Shown: one piece after another, positions 61,701 through 64,000 of the stretch | How the letters are laid out: every line of letters starts with the position of its first letter | Position numbering within the stretch: position 1 is the stretch's first letter | Assembly: GCA_965248355.1 (NCBI GenBank) | Contig: OZ252098.1 | Span: 4,288,001-4,352,000 of the forward strand | DNA: 64,000 bases | Direction: 5' to 3' | DNA from: Candidatus Latescibacterota bacterium | GTDB taxonomy: Bacteria; Latescibacterota; UBA2968; UBA8231 | The notes under the pieces: generated by a model | The model's input: only the letters and a program-made list of their open reading frames with translations | The model's database searches: none | What the model was told of the DNA's origin: nothing | Program-made: the position numbers and the translations under genes

Positions 61701-62075
61701 GCGGTCCACGTCGGAGGGGAGAAGTCCCCGCACCTGGTCGACGCGGTCGCGCACCTCCATCACCGCCAGGTCCATGTCGGTGCCGGCCTTGAACTCCACC
61801 CTGACGCTCGACGAGTTGCCCCCGGAGTTGGAGCTGATGCGCTCGACGTTGCCGAGCATGGCCAGGGACTGCTCGAGAGGGATGGTGATCTCCCGCTCGA
61901 TCTCCTCCGGCGAGGCCGACGAGTACGCGACCCGGACGTTCACGGAGGAGGAGGTCATGGTCGGGTAGGCCTCCATCGGGATCCGGGTGAAGCAGATCAC
62001 GCCGAGGACGACCGTGGAGAGGGTGATCATGGCCAGGGTCACGGGCCGTTCGACGGCGAAGCGGGCGAGTTTCAT
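58788..62075 (-). CDS. AcrB/AcrD/AcrF RND permease
   Basis: GMLVDPAVV, GIVVNNGIVLID, RMRPILMT. Confidence 0.92.
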   Translation of the reverse strand: MKLARFAVERPVTLAMITLSTVVLGVICFTRIPMEAYPTMTSSSVNVRVAYSSASPEEIEREITIPLEQSLAMLGNVERISSNSGGNSSSVRVEFKAGTDMDLAVMEVRDRVDQVRGLLPSDVDRVSLFRWNNEAYPVIEADLAWKGDDDRLFDIVRDVVEPRVLRIDGVANVEVDGLQEKQLIIELDQQRLQAHDVSLPFLAGQLRAGNLDVSLGRVDQAGRRYLARVRGEFREAAEIGDLPLAGRNLRLSDLGEVRYEYPERRSFERLNGREAVEVEIYKVATDNTVDVALEVRAALESIVDGYGDLLDINITRDRADQILAELTKLKDTALLGSLLAVVIIFLFLRSIRSTIAIAIAIPASVCCVFTGIYVARELFDSAITLNMVSMVGLMLAVGMLVDPAVVTLESIFRRREEEGAGPVEAAVSGTGEVGMAVLASALTTMCVFIPFFFLGSGSSRIVRFMGDAGLTICLAVGVSTIVSLAVIPLAASRLFRPGAARHDRRLKIAVAAILLAGLGWKAGTIGWEGLAGWGRTTGARVLQTTLDMEWTTAAVLGAVLLALAALLRHFRRHGMRASYVRLLDWTLDHRAVTLAVALAMMGGGVWMFLSMEQQGMRWPSERRVDITVETERSFSLEEVDALMGRIEQDLLAHAGELDLETLSTRIRQRNSRLRARLVDADEGRLTTMEAQQAIRGRLPEVVGVTYKMGRTRSWAGNLLGVEVQLKGIDPAVLAVLAEDVQARLAQLPGVTSVDTDLQEGEEEIQVSVDREQALGYGLSPREVASTISTALGTRRTTSFKAPEREIGVVLQLEEADRANLEQLKNTAFEGRDGTPVQLAALADFTHAEAPRSLQREDRQQTLNVFANTASRQLASELNPQVQAMMAEMALPPGYSWQLGRAARWEAQDTESNLFTLLFAVLLIYLIMASLFESLVHPFTIMFAIPFSMIGVSAALWGLDVAFDPNAMLGLLILFGIVVNNGIVLIDHVNQYRREGMPRRAAILRGGQNRMRPILMTAGTTILNLMPLVLPMVYGTAEGFSRRWGPIGLVVVSGLATSTLLTLLLAPTLYSLLDDLSLWARRVARSSNLTPEPRNP

Positions 62076-64000
62076 GACGGCGATCTGTCCAGAAGGGTGT
62101 AGACCACGGGGACGACGACCAGTGTCAGCACCGTCGACAGCAGCAGCCCGCCGATGACGGTGATCGCCATGGGGGCCCGGATCTCGGCTCCTTCGCCGAT
62201 GCCCAGGGCCATGGGCAGCAGGGCCAGCACCGTGGTCGAGGTGGTCATCAGGATCGGCCGGAAGCGCAGCCGCCCGGCCTCCAGAACGGCCTCGAGCCGG
62301 GGCAACCCGTCCCGCCGCCGCAGGGTGTTCACGTAGTCCACCAGGACGATGGCGTTGTTCACCACGATCCCCGCCAGCATGATCAGCCCGATGAGAACGA
62401 CGACGCTCACCCTCTGGTCCACGGCCAGCAGGGCCAGAGCGCTGCCCACCAGGCCGAGGGGGATGGTGAACATGATCACCAGGGGGTGCACGAGGGACTC
62501 GAACTGCGACGCCATGACCAGGTAGACGAGGAAGACCGCCAGGAGGAGGGCGAACCGCATGCTGTCGAAGGACCTCACCATCTCCTCGTTCTGGCCGCCC
62601 ATGGCGATGGCGAAGCCCTCGGGCAGCGACATCCCGGCGGCCAGCGCCTCGATCTCCTCCACGGCGCTGCCCAGGTCAACGCCCGCCAGGTTCGCCGTGA
62701 TCACCACCACCCGCTCCTGGTCCAGGCGGCGGATCTCGGCCGGTCCCTCGACCACGGACACGTCGGCCACCGACTCCAGGGAGACGGGCACCGGGTAGCT
62801 CGGGGGGCTGATCACGAGCCGCTGCAGGTCCTCCACGGAGCGCCGCTCCTCCTCTACCGCCCGCACGCGCACGTCGATGTGGCGGTCGCGGCGGATGACC
62901 TCGGTGGAGACCTGCCCCTGCAGCTGGTTGCGCAGCAGGTCGCCGGCGGCCTGGATGGTGGTGCCCAACTCGGCGATGCGCTCCCGGTGAAAGACGACCT
63001 GGATCTCCGGCTGGCCGCCCTCGGCGCTCGACTTGACGTCCACCAGGCCGGGAATGGCGCGCATGCCGGCGGCCAGCTCGGCGGCGACGGAGGTCAGGGT
63101 CTCCAGGTTGCGGCCCGTCACCTCCACCTCGACCGGGGCGCGGAAGGAGAAGTACGAAGGCCGCGAGAACTTGTGGTCGAGGTCGGGGACGACGGCCAGC
63201 AGCCGGTGGACCTGGTCCATGGCCCGCTCCTCGGACCCCGCCGCCCCGGGCGCCAGGCGCACGAAGAGCTGCGCCAGGTTCTCCTTCTTCTCGTCGGCGA
63301 AGCCCCCGGTCTGGCCGCTGGCGCCGATCTGGCTGAAGACGGTGGCGACGCCGGGCAGCTCCCGCACCTGCCTGTCGAGGCCGGCCACCAACTCCGCCGT
63401 CCGCTCCAGGGGCGTGCCGGCGGGCCATTCGAGGTCGACGAGGAACTCCCCCTGGCTCATTTCCGGGATCAGCTCGACCCCGAGGGTGCGCGCCTGGAAG
63501 AGCACCCCGGCCGACAGGGCCGCGAAGGCCGCCAGCGTCAGGAGGCGGCGGCGCAGACACCAGCCCAGGGCCCGGGGGTAGAAGCCCGCGGCGGCGGTGT
63601 AGCCGCCGTCGAACAGCCAGTACAGGGGGGTGAGCAGGGTCGCCAGCCCCCGCCCGAGGCCCCGCAGCAGCACCCCCAGGCTCCGCAGCAGGGCGGCAGG
63701 CCCCCGGACGGCGGCCCCGTCGCTGCGGCCCTCCTCCTCGGCCGTCAGCGGACGCAGGCTCAGGGAGGCGAGCATGGGGATCAGCATCAGCGCCACCAGG
63801 AGCGAGGCCACCAGGGAGTAGGTCACGGTCAGAGCCTGGTCGCGGAACAGCTGTCCGGCCACGCCTTCGACGAAGACGATGGGCACGAAGACGCAGACCG
63901 TCGTCAGGGTGGCGGCGATCACCGCGGAGCCGACCTCGCCGGCGCCGAGGCGCGCCGCCTCGAGGGCCGAACGTCCCTGCTCGCGGTAGCGCTGCACGTT
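62072..64000 (-). CDS. AcrB/AcrD/AcrF RND permease (5' end outside window)
   Basis: TLTTVCVFVP, GIVVNNAIVLVD, RFRPILMT. Confidence 0.92.
   Translation of the reverse strand, partial: NVQRYREQGRSALEAARLGAGEVGSAVIAATLTTVCVFVPIVFVEGVAGQLFRDQALTVTYSLVASLLVALMLIPMLASLSLRPLTAEEEGRSDGAAVRGPAALLRSLGVLLRGLGRGLATLLTPLYWLFDGGYTAAAGFYPRALGWCLRRRLLTLAAFAALSAGVLFQARTLGVELIPEMSQGEFLVDLEWPAGTPLERTAELVAGLDRQVRELPGVATVFSQIGASGQTGGFADEKKENLAQLFVRLAPGAAGSEERAMDQVHRLLAVVPDLDHKFSRPSYFSFRAPVEVEVTGRNLETLTSVAAELAAGMRAIPGLVDVKSSAEGGQPEIQVVFHRERIAELGTTIQAAGDLLRNQLQGQVSTEVIRRDRHIDVRVRAVEEERRSVEDLQRLVISPPSYPVPVSLESVADVSVVEGPAEIRRLDQERVVVITANLAGVDLGSAVEEIEALAAGMSLPEGFAIAMGGQNEEMVRSFDSMRFALLLAVFLVYLVMASQFESLVHPLVIMFTIPLGLVGSALALLAVDQRVSVVVLIGLIMLAGIVVNNAIVLVDYVNTLRRRDGLPRLEAVLEAGRLRFRPILMTTSTTVLALLPMALGIGEGAEIRAPMAITVIGGLLLSTVLTLVVVPVVYTLLDRSPS

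Overview
High-GC bacterial chromosomal window. A FlgD-type C-terminal sorting domain, PhyH, sialidase, Uma2 and UxaA content loosely suggest a Latescibacterota/Gemmatimonadota-like, possibly host-associated lineage (inference only). About 1-32 kb is accessory: catabolic enzymes, a DUF1538x2/P-II/CBS operon, a HelD-like helicase, PolB, and two decaying defence islands. One island is an AbiE-like type IV TA pair plus a broken Ppl-like PHP-ATPase. The other is a SNF2...DUF499 restriction-like operon carrying nested ATPase/DUF4276 modules, an AlbA_2 protein and an IS256 element with clear TSDs. Many accessory genes show internal deletions and chimeric junctions. About 32-64 kb is intact housekeeping: prpBC, purA, serA, engB, clpXP, tig, tRNA-Leu, glyQS, recO, ftsB, proB, hisFH, proC, a histone-H1-like/SWIB fusion, carA, aroC, and TolC with two RND pumps. 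No CRISPR array or rRNA was seen. All family calls come from motif recognition by eye; no database was searched.
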